The notes under the pieces are model-generated. The model was not told the origin of the DNA. It worked only from the letters and a program-made list of their open reading frames with translations, and searched no databases. 62,000 nt of DNA. Origin: Wallemia ichthyophaga EXF-994 (Eukaryota > Fungi > Basidiomycota). Within the stretch, counting starts at the first letter, position 1, and each line of letters starts with the position of its first letter. The DNA lies in the NCBI RefSeq assembly GCF_000400465.1, contig NW_008806280.1:20001-82000 (forward strand), in the 5' to 3' direction. Positions 1 through 14,059 of the stretch are shown here, one piece after another. The translations under genes and the position numbers were made by a program.

Positions 1-1055
1 GATGGTAACTACGCGAAACCAGTCAAAGGAGAAGCATTCTCGATAGGGATCGGGGAGCGTATAGGAGTGGCTTTCCGTCTGCACACGCCAGGCGAGTACA
101 CGCTGCGCATCTCAGCCTACAACGAGCCGCAGGTGAGTGTGATAACAGCACCATCAGCAACTACTAACCCAGTTGCACAGGTAATCGGTCAATTCGCCAT
201 CATAAGGTATGGATTGGCTGATGATGATGATAGGGTGGAATACAGTGACCCGGCTTCGGAAAATGATCCAGGGATGCCGTCCATACCACTGTCGGAACCA
301 TTTATCAACTACGCTGGTCAGCCTGTATCGGGTGATATACGAGTTCTGAATGATTCACTCATCTCATTGAAACAGTTTGCTCCCCCACTTATCCCCAAGC
401 GCGGGGAAGCGGCGGATGTGACGTTGCATTACTCACTCAGTAACGCCAACTTCCTCAAATGGTCCATGAGCGAGTGGGGCACTGTGGAGTACTATGCCGC
501 CAGCAACGAGCTCAATAAGCCACCGGTACTGTATGATTTCGAGCAATACATCGGTGATGAGTCTATAGCGTCGTATCCGAATGGCAGTGTGGTTGATGTA
601 ATAATCACAAATGGTGCAGATTATGGCGATAGACAACCTGCGCACCCTATCCACAAGCATTTCGAACATTATCACGTCCTCGCGGCTGGAACAGGTAATT
701 TCAGTTACTGGGATGTAGTTGAAGCTGAGGATAATGGAGTGCAAGTTAACTGGCTCGATCCACCTTATAGAGACACTGTGCTGATTCCAGAAAGTACAAT
801 TGATGAGGGCAGCTATCTCATCTTTAGATACGAGAGCGTGCAACCTACAGCGTGAGTTCGGGTGTAGGATGTGATCAATATTTTTAACTAAACAATAGCG
901 CACTGTTGCACTGCCATGTTAACATGCACAATATTGGTGGTATGGCTTATGTACTCATCGCTACAGATGAGGGCGGCACACCTGCAATGCCTGAGTACTA
1001 CAGCGTCAAGGCGCTTAATAAAGATCTCAACACGGTGAATAGCGAGCTGTCGTAA
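1..1055 (+). CDS. Multicopper oxidase / laccase-like protein, 3' part (gene starts upstream of the window)
   Basis: Frame is open from base 1 (DGNYAKP...IGIGER). Copper motif L3 is HPIHKH. After a GT-AG intron (852-898) motif L4 reads HCHVNMHNIGGM. Stop TAA at 1053-1055. Confidence 0.9.
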
Positions 1056-1909
1056 GGTTTTGACAATTGTAATAAAATCCATTTGAAAATGAAAAGAATC
1101 AAATGCTATTGTCAATGCCAAAGACATGCATATAGGAAATGTCTCAATTTACATCGATTTTTGCAGAAATAACGAGAATGCAATAATGATGCGAAAGCGC
1201 TTAGATATACTGATATTAGACAGCTTTAGCAATGAAAATGATTACCACAAGGTTCAATCACCGTTCGCAACTGAATCACAACTGAATCATCATTCATAAA
1301 TCTCAACTTGTGAATACAAAAACGGCGTAATAAATTAATAATAAAGCACAGTCACACTTCACGCTTACAATTTAACCTCAGCCGCTCTCTGCAATTTATA
1401 ACCGATGCGACTGCGGGACGCCGAACGGCCAATGGGAAAAACAAACGGGCATTAAAAATGCGAATGTATTGTACATGTGTCACAGCAGCCGAGAAATATC
1501 GTTTTAAAAGATAAGATAAATGATTTTATACAACTATGTAAACAAGTCAAAAACAAAGGCTATTAAACAAAAGAGATTAAACATAGAAGACAAGAATGGT
1601 AGTATAAGAATCCCTAAAGCTTTGATTCTTTGGTGTGATTATGTTGAGCTGTAGTAGAGTATCGTGTTTGATGTATCGAGTCTTGTGTTTTGTTATCCAA
1701 AATAATGTACAGATTATCTGTCTACCAAGAATGAAGGAAAGAAAGACGAGAATAGGGAAATAAAAGATACGGAGAAGGCTTTCGCTATAACGTTGGATTC
1801 TGTATATCTTTAGAATGACTAGAAATGTGTAAGAAAATCGCGATGAGTCATTTTGATCCTTGTTGTTGAGGGTGAGAGTGTGTTGGCCTCATCAATTCAA
1901 TCCGTGCAC

Positions 1910-3493
1910 CTAGCAATGAACGTAGCTGTCTACCTCATTTGCCTCTTTAGGATCGAGTGTGTAATCAACAAAGTCAGTGATAGCGCTATGGCCAAAGTCG
2001 TGCGTATGGGGATGAGTATGAGCGTTGACTAAGTTATTACCATGTGAACCACTTCCAACACCGACACTAAAGTCATTGCTGTTGCTAAAATCGTTACCAT
2101 TTTGAGCGCCTCCACTGACACCGAAATCTTCGAAAGTGTGGATGAAATCGGATGCGCATGATGATCTTCTAACTTGATCATTGTAGCCGCTATACATATC
2201 ATACGGTACCATACCACCATAAGTCGTTGTTGCGCTTGTAGATACCTCAGAGTCCCTCCTGCAGTTATCGAACAAGCTGCTGTTATCGAAGTTACTCGAC
2301 ATAACAGATTGTCGACGATCGGCATCAGATTGATCGTCAAAGTAGGAAGAAGATTCTCTCCAGAAAGTGTCTGAAGTCGCTAGAGCATGGGAGAGAGAAT
2401 TTGAAGAAGATGATTGAAAAATATTGTGCTGTTGCTGATTTTCCATTTGTGATGGAGTCGTGTTGGTCGTTGGACTGGAAGGGTCGCTCGAGTTAAGTTG
2501 AGCGTCTGCAGTGTGGAGTACTAATCCATGCGTAGAAAGAGGTGCTTCTGTAGGTGAAAGGGGGAATGGCGAGTTTGGAGATTCTTCTGTGCAAGTTGGG
2601 AGTTTAGACTTGGATGCAGATTGACGTAGTGACTGATTTGAGCGACGTGTTTGGAAATTTGGAAGTGATGCTCGCCTGACGGGGCCGATGTTGCCGGGAT
2701 TTGTAAGAGCGGAGAGGGAATAGCCGAGGGAGTGAGACTGAGGGATAGACAAACCTAAGCCGTTTGTAGGCGCGTGGGTTGGCTGTACAGGTTGTGTTAT
2801 GGGAGCAGATCCCCTTCTAAACTGCGTATTGTTAGGGTTACTGAGTGGATCCAAGTTAAAGTGAGTATCAAAGAATGGATTAGATATCAGGCTTGTTGGC
2901 GATAGACTTGTAGATGGCGGTATTAAGCTTGAGGATGCAGGACTTGGAAGGGGCGATGGATAGAGAAGATTTTGACTTGGCTGAGGGTCAATTTGAAGGG
3001 AATTGTTGGTTGGTGCGGGCGTTAGCGTTGGTGCAGGTGTAGAATCACTGTCACTGTGTGCCTGTGCCTGTTGCTGCTGTGGCTGTGGTTGTACCTCGAA
3101 ATCGTCATTGACCTGCTTCTTGGCCTGGGCTTTGGCCTTTGCCCTTCTATTCTGAAACCAGATCTGAACGCCCCTTGGAGTCATTTCAAGTTGCTCTGCC
3201 AAGGATTTCCTAATTAAGGCTGCTGGCTTTGGATTCGTCTGGTAAGTTTCCTCGAGGACCTGGGGGTTATTTTAGCAGAGAATTTCACAGCCACAGAGCC
3301 AGCTATCACGTACATTAAACTGATGCTTCGACGTCCTCTTCCTGTGCTTAACCTCGAATGGCTGATATTGGAGCAATTGCGTCTGTAGCTGCTGCTGCGA
3401 GGGCTTGCTATCGCTATCGTCCTGGCCCACAGCATGCTGAGTTGCCTGATAGCTACTTGGGTGGAATAACTGTACTGGCTTATAATTCATCAT
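1910..3493 (-). CDS. Homeodomain transcription factor with a long S/P/Q-rich C-terminal region
   Basis: Joining ORF 3272-3508 to ORF 1910-3202 across one short intron gives KHRKRTSKHQFN|VLEETYQTNPKPAALIRKSLAEQLEMTPRGVQIWFQNRRAK, a complete homeodomain. First ATG is at 3493. Confidence 0.9.
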
Positions 3494-3710
3494 TCTATCT
3501 CTGGTCACTCTTCACCGATTTCAGTAAACCCGATTCGATACTGAAATTCCGGTAAGAAAAATTAAATAAAATATAAAAAGCTTTTTGGTTATTTGGTTTA
3601 GCTTACATGAATTTATAAACCCCAATTAGTCCCTTAACACTCTCAGTTCACTCCCCCCACACACCTTCCTAATTCATTTCATTTTCCTACAAGAAAATCT
3701 TCATCCAGCT

Positions 3711-5167
<1,457 letters not shown>

Positions 5168-5172
5168 CGTCA

Positions 5173-5820
5173 ATGTTCACCGAGGAAATAAAAACACTTA
5201 AGAGACTCGGTTTCAGGCATTGCTTGTTGCAGGCCTTATCCTTTGCCAGTGTGATATGTACCGCACTCGCCGTTTACAAAGGATTAGGCGTGGTGATGAA
5301 CACCGAGTCACCGATCGTTGTAGTCTTATCGTAGGCGGCGTATCTAGCAGCGTGATACAACCTCTCACTCCTCTCCTCCAGCGAATCCATGGAACCTGCC
5401 TTCGCGCGTGGCGATATCCTCTTCTTATACCATCCACCCGTGCAGCAGCCCATCGATATTGGAGAAATTACCGTCTACAAGCTACCAAACACTGACATAC
5501 CAATCGTGCACAGAGTCATCGATCATCATTTGGATGTGGGGCTTGAGACAGAGAAAATTCTCACCAAAGGCGATAATAACCCCGGAGACGATATCGTGTT
5601 GTATCGCGGACCCAAATGGCTCAGAAGAGATCAGATTGTGGGCAAGGTTATAGGTTATATTCCTTATGCGGGCTATATCACGATATTGATGGTATGTGCT
5701 TTGTTTGAGGTGATGGCAGTGACACTAACACTAACACACACATCCCAGAATGACCATCCTAATATTAAATACGCTGGTATTGCGCTTATGGCCGCTTTTG
5801 TCATGTTAAAGAGGGAGTAG
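5173..5820 (+). CDS. SEC11: Signal peptidase complex catalytic subunit SEC11
   Basis: Exon 1 MFTEEIK...ESPIVVVLS is spliced to [15 protein letters not shown]...IPIVHRV...TKGDNN (catalytic Ser/His motifs). A second intron lies near 5692. Confidence 0.95.
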
Positions 5821-6043
5821 CTGTTTATTTATGCATGTATTTCATTCGAGTTAGGTGCAGAATGCATGAGGAATGTTGGGTGCCATGTACCAGGTATTAT
5901 AAACCATATCCACACAGCCTATGCAATAAACACTTTGCATACGTCACAAAACCCACGTTCAGCAGGCTGCAGCACGTGCGTCTGACTCGCTAAACCACTT
6001 GCGCACGTATTGATACACACGACAACCAACGCAACGCACAAGA

Positions 6044-7138
6044 ATGCAGCAAAAGAATCCATTACGACACACGCTATTCGCAGTCAGCGCACTCATGGTC
6101 GCGCTAACCGCGAGTCCTGTGCGCCCACCTCTAGATATACAAGCGCATCGCGGAGGACGTGGGAGTACAGTGGAGAACACACTTCCCAGCTTCGCATATG
6201 GCGCCATCAGCGGAGCCAACACGCTCGAGCTAGATTTCGGAGTGACAAAGGATGGATATGGGGTGGTGTGGCATGACGAGTATGTGATGCCGTCGAAATG
6301 TCTCGATACAGCGCCTGTCGTTGAGGAAGATTCCATGTGGCCATACGTAGGGAAACACATTGCGAATCTCACTCTCGCACAGATCAAGACACTCGATTGC
6401 GGTAGTCTGCGTCAGAGCGACTTTCCAATACAGGAGACTTACCCTGGCACTAAACTGTCTACTCTAGACGAACTGTTTGAGTTTGTTGCGTGTTTTGATA
6501 AGTCGGGCGACATTCAATTTAACGTTGAAACAAAGATCAACGCTGCACGAACCAACTCCACAAGAGATCCCCTTACTTTTGTTGAGGTGCTCTTGGATAG
6601 CATCGATAAGCACCATCTAGGCACGCGCATCACCCACCAAAGCTTCGATTGGCGGGCTTTGCAGATATCGAAGCATCTCAGACCACATCTCAAGACTAGC
6701 GCACTGTATGACGTAACAACAGCAACAAACAATTCAGCGTGGCTGGGTGATGGGGATATTACAGGTATAGAAGATTACAACGGACTTCCCCCTGCCACTG
6801 CAGCTGCTTTGATAGCAAGGGAAATAGACTCAGATATGATATCACCTGCGGAAATAACCACCAACAGCTCATCGACGCTGTCCTCACCGGAGTATCACCC
6901 ATTCCTCACAGAGGAGGTCGTTCATGTGGCACACGACTTGGATATGCTCGTCAAGCCATGGACGGTGGATACACTCAATGTCGTAGACGAGATGTATGGC
7001 TGGGGCGTTGATGGGATTATAACCGACTGGCCACATCAACTTGTCAGATGGGCTGAGCTGAACAAACTCAACACTGCACGCAAGTTTGATCATCATGTTG
7101 TAAACCAGTGTCTCGCGGAACACAACCAGCTTGTATAA
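6044..7138 (+). CDS. Secreted glycerophosphodiester phosphodiesterase (GDPD family)
   Basis: Intronless 364-aa ORF with a signal peptide, IQAHRGGRG..ENT, ELD, VVWHD, NVETK, PWTV and GVDGIITD motifs. Confidence 0.92.
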   Translation: MQQKNPLRHTLFAVSALMVALTASPVRPPLDIQAHRGGRGSTVENTLPSFAYGAISGANTLELDFGVTKDGYGVVWHDEYVMPSKCLDTAPVVEEDSMWPYVGKHIANLTLAQIKTLDCGSLRQSDFPIQETYPGTKLSTLDELFEFVACFDKSGDIQFNVETKINAARTNSTRDPLTFVEVLLDSIDKHHLGTRITHQSFDWRALQISKHLRPHLKTSALYDVTTATNNSAWLGDGDITGIEDYNGLPPATAAALIAREIDSDMISPAEITTNSSSTLSSPEYHPFLTEEVVHVAHDLDMLVKPWTVDTLNVVDEMYGWGVDGIITDWPHQLVRWAELNKLNTARKFDHHVVNQCLAEHNQLV

Positions 7139-7208
7139 GTATCTAATCTAGTTATTTTGCTATTGGGAATATCTATACTTTGAGTGTCGCTTTGTCACTG
7201 TTGTCACT

Positions 7209-8616
7209 CTAACTCACCTCCTCCACTTGCCTCCGTCTCACTCTCTCGCCAAGTGTCCGTTTGAGCTTATCCAAATTAACCTCATGTTTCGCTGAAATAG
7301 GTATGATGGTAGTAGACGGATCGAGAGTGCCGCCCTCGATTAAACACTGCACACCATCTGTAAACTGCGAGAGACGGTGTTTGGCTTGTGCATTCTGCTG
7401 CTCATCACCACCCAGTAAATCAGCCTTGTTTGCGACAATCACCGTCCCAGCCCTGGCCAGACCGCTTTTGTACTCGTTCAGTTCGTGTATCAGGGTGTGC
7501 AAGTGTGTGAGGGGGTGAAGTGAGGAAAGATCGACAACAAACACGAGCACGAGAGCGCGCTCGACACTGCGCAGGAAAGTGTGTCCGAGGCCCTTGTTGA
7601 GCGCCGCATCAGCAATCAGGCCGGGGTTATCGAGGATAGTGAATCTGTGCGAGGGTGTGAGTGCATCTTTAGCGCCCTCACCTTCACCCTCACCGTCAGC
7701 ACCGACGACACCAATCTCAGGCTTGAGCGTCGTGAAGGCGTAGTTGGCGACTTTGGTCTTGGAGCTGGTGATAGCAGCGAGGATGCTGCTCTTGCCTGCA
7801 TTCGGCAGTCCCACCAGTCCGACATGAGCGAGAAGCTTCATTTCGAGACTCAGCTTGACATGTCCACCCGGCTGGCCTTTGCGGGCGAACTTGGGTGACC
7901 TGTGTTGATGGGTGACGAAAGCGGGGTTGCCGACACCGCCGAGACCACCTGAGACGATGAGATGAGGGGACTTATCATCGGATATATCCACTTCGAGTGC
8001 GTGCTCCTGCTCGTGCTGTGGGTTATAGCGTTTCAGCTGCAGATTTTCACTCCTACGCAATTCTTTGTCGGCGTCGAGGAAGAGAGGGTGGGTGGAATTA
8101 GCCTCCTCCATGCCTGGATAGTGTAGCCAAGCCCTGTCTCTACGCAATTGCGTGAGTGTGTCTTCGTCTTGGCTGCAGTTCCTGTCTTCGCGCGGCGGAG
8201 GCGCACACCGCCACAGCTCGCGGATAACGGTGCCTGGGGGGATATCGATGACTGTATCAGCCCCACGCTTGCCTAAACGGCCATCCCCGCTGCCTGATGC
8301 GCCGTTGGCAGCGCGGATCTTGGATGGGATCGTGTGGAGGCTGTTCAGTTTGGCGTTGGGGGAGAAAGTCACAGAGCCACCAGAACCACCTGAGCCACCG
8401 CTGTTGAGTGCGTTCAGCAGACACTCTCCACACCATCCAAACCACTCACGTCGGCGGCCCTAATCCCGTAGGCGTCTTGGTGAAGGCAACAGCGCCGTTG
8501 CCGCCAGCGCCCGCCTTAACGTCGACGACGTGGAAATCTTGGAATCTTTTATGACGTCGCTTGCCATCGACTCGCAGTCTTATCGCAGCTTCGTTGAGCG
8601 TCTTGCGTAGCGTCAT
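7209..8616 (-). CDS. MTG2: Mitochondrial Obg-family GTPase (Mtg2)
   Basis: FQD..VKAGAGGNG Obg start, VGLVGLPNAGKSS (G1), YAFTTLKP (G2), DNPG (G3), NKAD (G4), ISAK. One intron near the 5' end. Confidence 0.9.
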
Positions 8617-8644
8617 CGGCGATCGTTGCAAGTGAACGTTGAAG

Positions 8645-10645
8645 ATGAAGGAAACAAATAAAAATAAAATCCAGCAATTCTCACCAATCAGATTGCAGAT
8701 CTACAAAGAATTCTGGCACGCACTTTCTTCTTTCAAGCTCAACACCCAGCGGCTGGATGACGCACCGATACCAGTCCACGCAGGTTTCAACGCAGGCAGG
8801 GCGATCATCGATAACAACACCGGCGACGTCATTGATACCCCGGCATCCCTCCTCCTCGACGGTCTTGGCGGTGTCGACGGCGTCCCTCTCAGCTACGCGG
8901 CGCACGGCCACGTCCACAACATGAACACCATCGAGGATTTCAAGCGCTGCGATAAGACAGCTCTCTTCAACTCCACCCTTGACTCCATCAAGCTGGCCAA
9001 ATCCGTTGACGATTTGATCCGCTTCCTCCTCATCTCCTTCTCAGACATGAAAAAATTCACTTTTCACTACCTCGCAGCGACCCCTGCGGTGATTGATGGG
9101 GGTGCACCGTGGCTGGGGAGCATGGCTGGGTGCGATGCTGCTCTGGCACGCGAAATACAGAGTGTCCAGCCGGCAGGACAGTGGTGTTGGATTGTTCGCA
9201 GGGCAGATGACGGTGTGCTGAGTGGTGCATCTGTTGATGAGTGGGAGGTGTTCCATCGCGACACTCACTCACAGTCACACACTCACAACCACACTCCCAC
9301 CATCGCCTTCATCGACCCCTCCTCAGGCCACGCGCCCGGATGGCCACTGCGCAATCTCCTCTACTACATCTGCACACGCTTCGGTGCGCGCAAAGTTGAC
9401 GTCTTTGCCAGCAGAAACACACATTCTCTCTACGGCACGCTGACCACCGATGCACGCGCGTACGAGCAAGTAAGTGGGGTGGGATGGGAGAAAAACAGCT
9501 CCACGCATAAGATATCTCCACAGACAATCGACCTGAGTGCCTCACTCGATCCAACCAAACTCGCCGACCAGGCGGTAGAACTTAATCTCAAGTTGATGAA
9601 ATGGCGCATACTCCCCTCGCTCGATCTGGACGTGATCGGTGGGCAGCGCTGTTTGCTGCTGGGGGCGGGTACGCTTGGATGTTATGTCGCACGCGGGTTG
9701 ATGGCGTGGGGTGTGAGACACATCACCTTGGTTGACAGCGGCACAGTCAGCTATAGCAACCCTGTCAGGCAGCCGCTGTTCGAATTCGAGGACTGCGCAG
9801 AGGGCGGGAAGCCCAAGGCGGAGTGTGCGGCGGAGCGCTTACGTAGGATTTACCCAGGCGTACAGGCATGCGGTGTGCAGTTGAGCATTCCTATGCCAGG
9901 TCACCCCTTCCCAACCTCCAGCAAGGCGCGTGTGGAGAGCGAGGTTCACCGCCTTGATGCGCTCATCGATCAGCATGACTCCATATTTCTCCTCACTGAC
10001 TCCCGCGAGAGCAGATGGCTGCCAACTCTGTTAGGCAAGGCGCGCAACAAGGTGGGTTGGAATTGGAGCGTAGTTTGGAAAACACCCTAACACGCACCAC
10101 AGACGGTCATAAACGCCGCACTGGGATTCGACAGCTATCTCGTAATGCGTCATGGCACACCGGTCAACAAACTCGGTTGCTACTACTGTAACGATATAGT
10201 CGCACCAACAGACTCACTAAGTGATCGGACACTAGACCAGATGTGCACGGTCACCAGACCGGGTGTGGCGCCTATAGCTGCTGCTACTGCCGTCGAGATG
10301 CTGACATCACTCCTGCAACATCCACAGCAGAAGCATGTGGGGAGTACTCGTGCTGGTGGTGATCATGTGCACACCGATGAATCACTCCTCGGCGTTACTC
10401 CTCATCAAATTCGCGGCCAGCTCGGTCGGTTTGATAACGTGCAAATCACTGGCATGGCTTTCGACCGCTGCACGGCCTGCTCGGATGTCATCCAGGATGC
10501 ATACCACACCCAAGGGATGGAGATGATCAGCAGGGCTATCAACGATAGTGACTACCTCGTCAATATCAGTGGTCTGTCAGATTTATATAAAGCTTCAGAA
10601 GATGCAATCAAGGATATAACAATAGAGAGTGAGGATGAGTTTTGA
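8645..10645 (+). CDS. ATG7: Autophagy E1-like enzyme Atg7
   Basis: CLLLGAGTLGC, DSGTVSYSNPVRQ, ALGFDSYLVMRHG and catalytic DQMCTVTRPG. ORFs 8639-10090 and 10145-10645 are joined by one intron. Confidence 0.97.
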
Positions 10646-10660
10646 TCAATCCACCCAAAA

Positions 10661-11231
10661 TCACTCCAATCTTAATATCAAGTGGACACCAGAATCAGTA
10701 TCGATGATGTCAGATAACTGTAAGACACCAATGTTAAACGAGGCATCTTCGAATGGTTTCTGCATCTGACCACGGCTGAATCTACCCAAGTCACCGCCTT
10801 TAGCGTGAGAGGAGCAGTCAGAGTGTTCGTGTGCGAGTTTCGAGAAGACGGCGGCGAGTTCATGAGCGTGGTACTGCGAGAGGGTTGATTGCAGCTCTCT
10901 CAGCTGAGCGAGGGCTTCTTCCTTTGAGCGAGTAATGTTAGCCTGTGGGTGGTGTTAGCGTGCGTGCTGCTGATACTTCCTACACTCTCACCTCCTTCCA
11001 GCTCGAAGGCCTTCTTGACTTGTTGTGCTTGATGAGAAGGTGCGACGCGCGTACTTTTTGTGGCGCTTCACCTGCGCCACCCGCACCACCCGCCAACAAC
11101 TCATATCCAGCCAGCGACTTGATTTCTTCCTGAGTTAGATTCCCCGGTGCCTCCCAGACGCTCTCCCTCGTCTCCGAATTAAAGAAATATGGCTGCTGGC
11201 GTGAGTTTGAGAATTTAATCGTCCACGTCAT
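10661..11231 (-). CDS. ESS1: Pin1/Ess1 WW-domain peptidyl-prolyl isomerase
   Basis: N-terminal WW domain (W..KFSNSRQQPYFFN...SVWEAP) and parvulin domain (ASHLLIKH..SRRPSSW, SDCSSHAKGGDLG, DTDSGVHLILR). One intron. Confidence 0.95.
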
Positions 11232-11321
11232 TTTGCAATGATGTCACGAGCCAAGGCAACTAGGCAACATTTGTTTCATTTAGGATAAAAAATTAAATTA
11301 TTACAAATTTCACTTATTCTC

Positions 11322-12713
11322 TTAGGACGTCATGTAAGTTGAGGCTTCAAGAGTCTCTGGGAGCTCTGGAATTGCAACCTCGAATCTGGACTGGATTGCT
11401 TTGAGTACATTGTCATCGTCCTCAGTAGAAACGAAAGTGATTGCTAGACCCTTTGTACCGAATCTACCTGCTCTACCTACTCTGTGAAGGTATGAGTCGG
11501 CATCTGTTGGTGTATCGTAGTTGACGACAATGTTTACTCTCTCAACATCGATACCTCTACCAAAGATATCAGTTGCAACCAAGATTCTAGACTCAAACTG
11601 CTTGAATTTGGTGTACCTCGCAATTCTCTCGTCTTGGCTCATTCTAGAGTGTATGCAAATTGATGGGAAGTTGCACTCTCTAAGTAATTTGTCTAGTTCG
11701 TTAGCTCTGAGTGTTGATTTAACAAAGATGACGACTTGGTTGAAGTCGAGGCTATCGAGGAGATCGTTCAGCTTGCGATTCTTTGTTGATTCAGATAACT
11801 TCACATAGTGCTGTTGTAAGCCGTGCAATGTAAGTTTAGTTTCATCGTCGACGTAGATTTCCAGTGGAGATTGCATGAATTTTTTGCAGACTGGTCTAAT
11901 TTCTTTCGAGAGGGTGGCACTAAACATCATGACCTGCTTGTGATGTGGTGTAGCTTTGAATATTTCCTGTACATCCCTTCTCATATCCAATTGATCGAGC
12001 ATTTTATCACACTCATCGAGAACAAAGTGTTTTATAGCCTTACCATTCAAGCTACCATCTCTAACTAAAGCGTTAATTCTACCAGGTGTACCAACGATAA
12101 CATGAGGACATTTTTCCTTGTTTTTGAGTATTTCTTGATCGGCTGCGACTGGAGTACCACCAAAGAAGACGGAGGTTCTGACGTTTGGCACGTACTTTGA
12201 GAATCTGCCGTACTCATTTTTGATTTGATAAGCGAGTTCTCTAGTGTGGCAGAGGACGATGACAGAGACTTCACCGTCAACTGGCTCCAATTGCTGCAAA
12301 GACGCCAAAACGAAGACAGCAGTCTTACCCATACCAGATTTTGCCTGGCATACAACATCCATACCGAGAATAGCCTGTGGAATACACTCTTGTTGAACTG
12401 GTTGTTGTGGCTGTGAGTTGAGTGGTTGCGTGACTTGACCAACTAACCTTCTGAAGGATGCTCAAAACCCAAATCTGAGATTGCTCGCAGCAATTCAGGC
12501 TTTAAGAGGAAATCTCTGAATCCAGTGGAGTGTATGCCAACGTAAGAGCCCTTCTTATCCTTTCCTTCTTCTGTAGGCTGCGCGGGTTGCTGCTCCTGCT
12601 GCTGCTGTGGTGCGACTTCCTCCTCCTCGTAATCAATAAGGTCTTCGTTATCAGCCCTGGAAAACGCGTATTAATATTCTCATTGCCCTATTTAACACCA
12701 ATTTATCTCACAT
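11322..12713 (-). CDS. SUB2: DECD-box RNA helicase Sub2/UAP56 (TREX)
   Basis: [17 protein letters not shown] and HRVGRAGR motifs, and N-terminus [14 protein letters not shown]. Introns at 12657-12711 (inside the start codon) and near 12390-12445. Confidence 0.97.
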
Positions 12714-12829
12714 TTTTTATTCACTCTGGGTGTATTCAACTAACACTCGATTCGGCGCATAGAAATTGAAAAATTATCTGAAAAGCGTGATTTATATTGA
12801 GTTTTTATATTTTCTTTTATTTTCTTATC

Positions 12830-13987
12830 TCACTTTCTAAGGCTGTCGTAATTCCTAACAAACCAATCCACGCTCTCCTCCAAAGCCTTTTCAAATGGGG
12901 TGAATTGAAAGTTACCGATGCACCTCATCAGCTTGTCGTTAGACGCAGGCTTCCTATACTGTCCATCTGGTTTGCTGGTGTCAAGGACATACTCTCCTTG
13001 GAATCCAACAGCCTTAACGACAGCATCAGCCACCTCTTTTATACTCACCTCCTCATTCTCCCCTACAGAGAGAATGACAGGTTCGATAGAATGATACTCG
13101 CGCAGCTGCCATATGAATAGCCTAGCGAGATCCAACGAGTAGATAAACTGCCGTAACGGCTTACCCGAACCCATCACCACGAATGGCTTCTTCTCCTTGT
13201 TTGCGAGGTAGCACTTGTGTATCAGGGCGGGTATAACGTGCGCGTATTCCAAGCTGTAGTTGTCATTAGGACCAAAGATATTCGTTGGAATTGCCGATGT
13301 GAACTGATTACCGAACTGGTCGTTGTACGCGTGGTTCTGTACATCTATCATACGCTTACCATATGCATAACCAAAGTTAGATGAATGTGGTGGTCCTAGG
13401 TGCACGCTCTCCTCGCGCAGCGGATAGGATACTTGGTCAGGGAAGACGCAAGTGGACAGGCAAGATATAAGTTTGTGTACCTGTGAAGGCTATGTTGAGA
13501 CTTGTAGTTGTATATGTGCTGCAAGCCACCCACCTTAAATTCATGGCTCAAGTGGAGGACATTGTCGTTAATGAGCATGTTCTCGCGCAGGAAGTCTAAC
13601 TGTGAGCGTGCGTAAGTGTGATTTACACCGCCCCATACAATATCGTACCTTGTATTTCATGTTGGCGAACAGTCCACCGACTTTCGCAGCGAGGTGTATG
13701 ACGTGCGTCGGGGAGTATTTAGCGAATACCGCACGCGCTTCTGCGTAGTTGCTAAGTGTTCATCACGTGCGCCGTAAGCACTGTTCAGGTCATTCAACCC
13801 ACACTCACCGCAGATCGCCATCAGTCGATTTGAGGAAGACCCAGGATTCGTTCGGCTGTCTCCCAAATCTACTTCCAATAGCCTCCTCATTGATCACTTT
13901 GTTTATTGCACTCCCAACTAATCCTGTTCCACCCGTAACGAGTACGACAGATGTGTTCTCTTGGCCGCTGCTACTGCTGTTGGTCAT
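12830..13987 (-). CDS. GDP-L-fucose synthase (GDP-4-keto-6-deoxy-D-mannose epimerase/reductase)
   Basis: [11 protein letters not shown] Rossmann motif, [17 protein letters not shown] (YxxxK), [28 protein letters not shown]. Multi-exon. Confidence 0.92.
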
Positions 13988-14059
13988 TTCGGTCTAAGGA
14001 ATAAGGAATAAATATTCATCGTGCTTATAATCATATTTATTACGTTGATTGATTACGTT

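Noticed and set aside
1056-1909. Long AT-rich gap between the MCO and homeobox genes
   Set aside because: No ORF remnant, repeat or convincing structure found. It is most simply two convergent 3' UTRs.
1910-3493. Homeodomain gene (WFQNRR) as a mating-type HD2 locus
   Set aside because: There is no divergent HD1 partner, pheromone receptor, MIP1 or beta-fg neighbour, and the KHRKRT-type domain resembles ordinary developmental homeobox factors.
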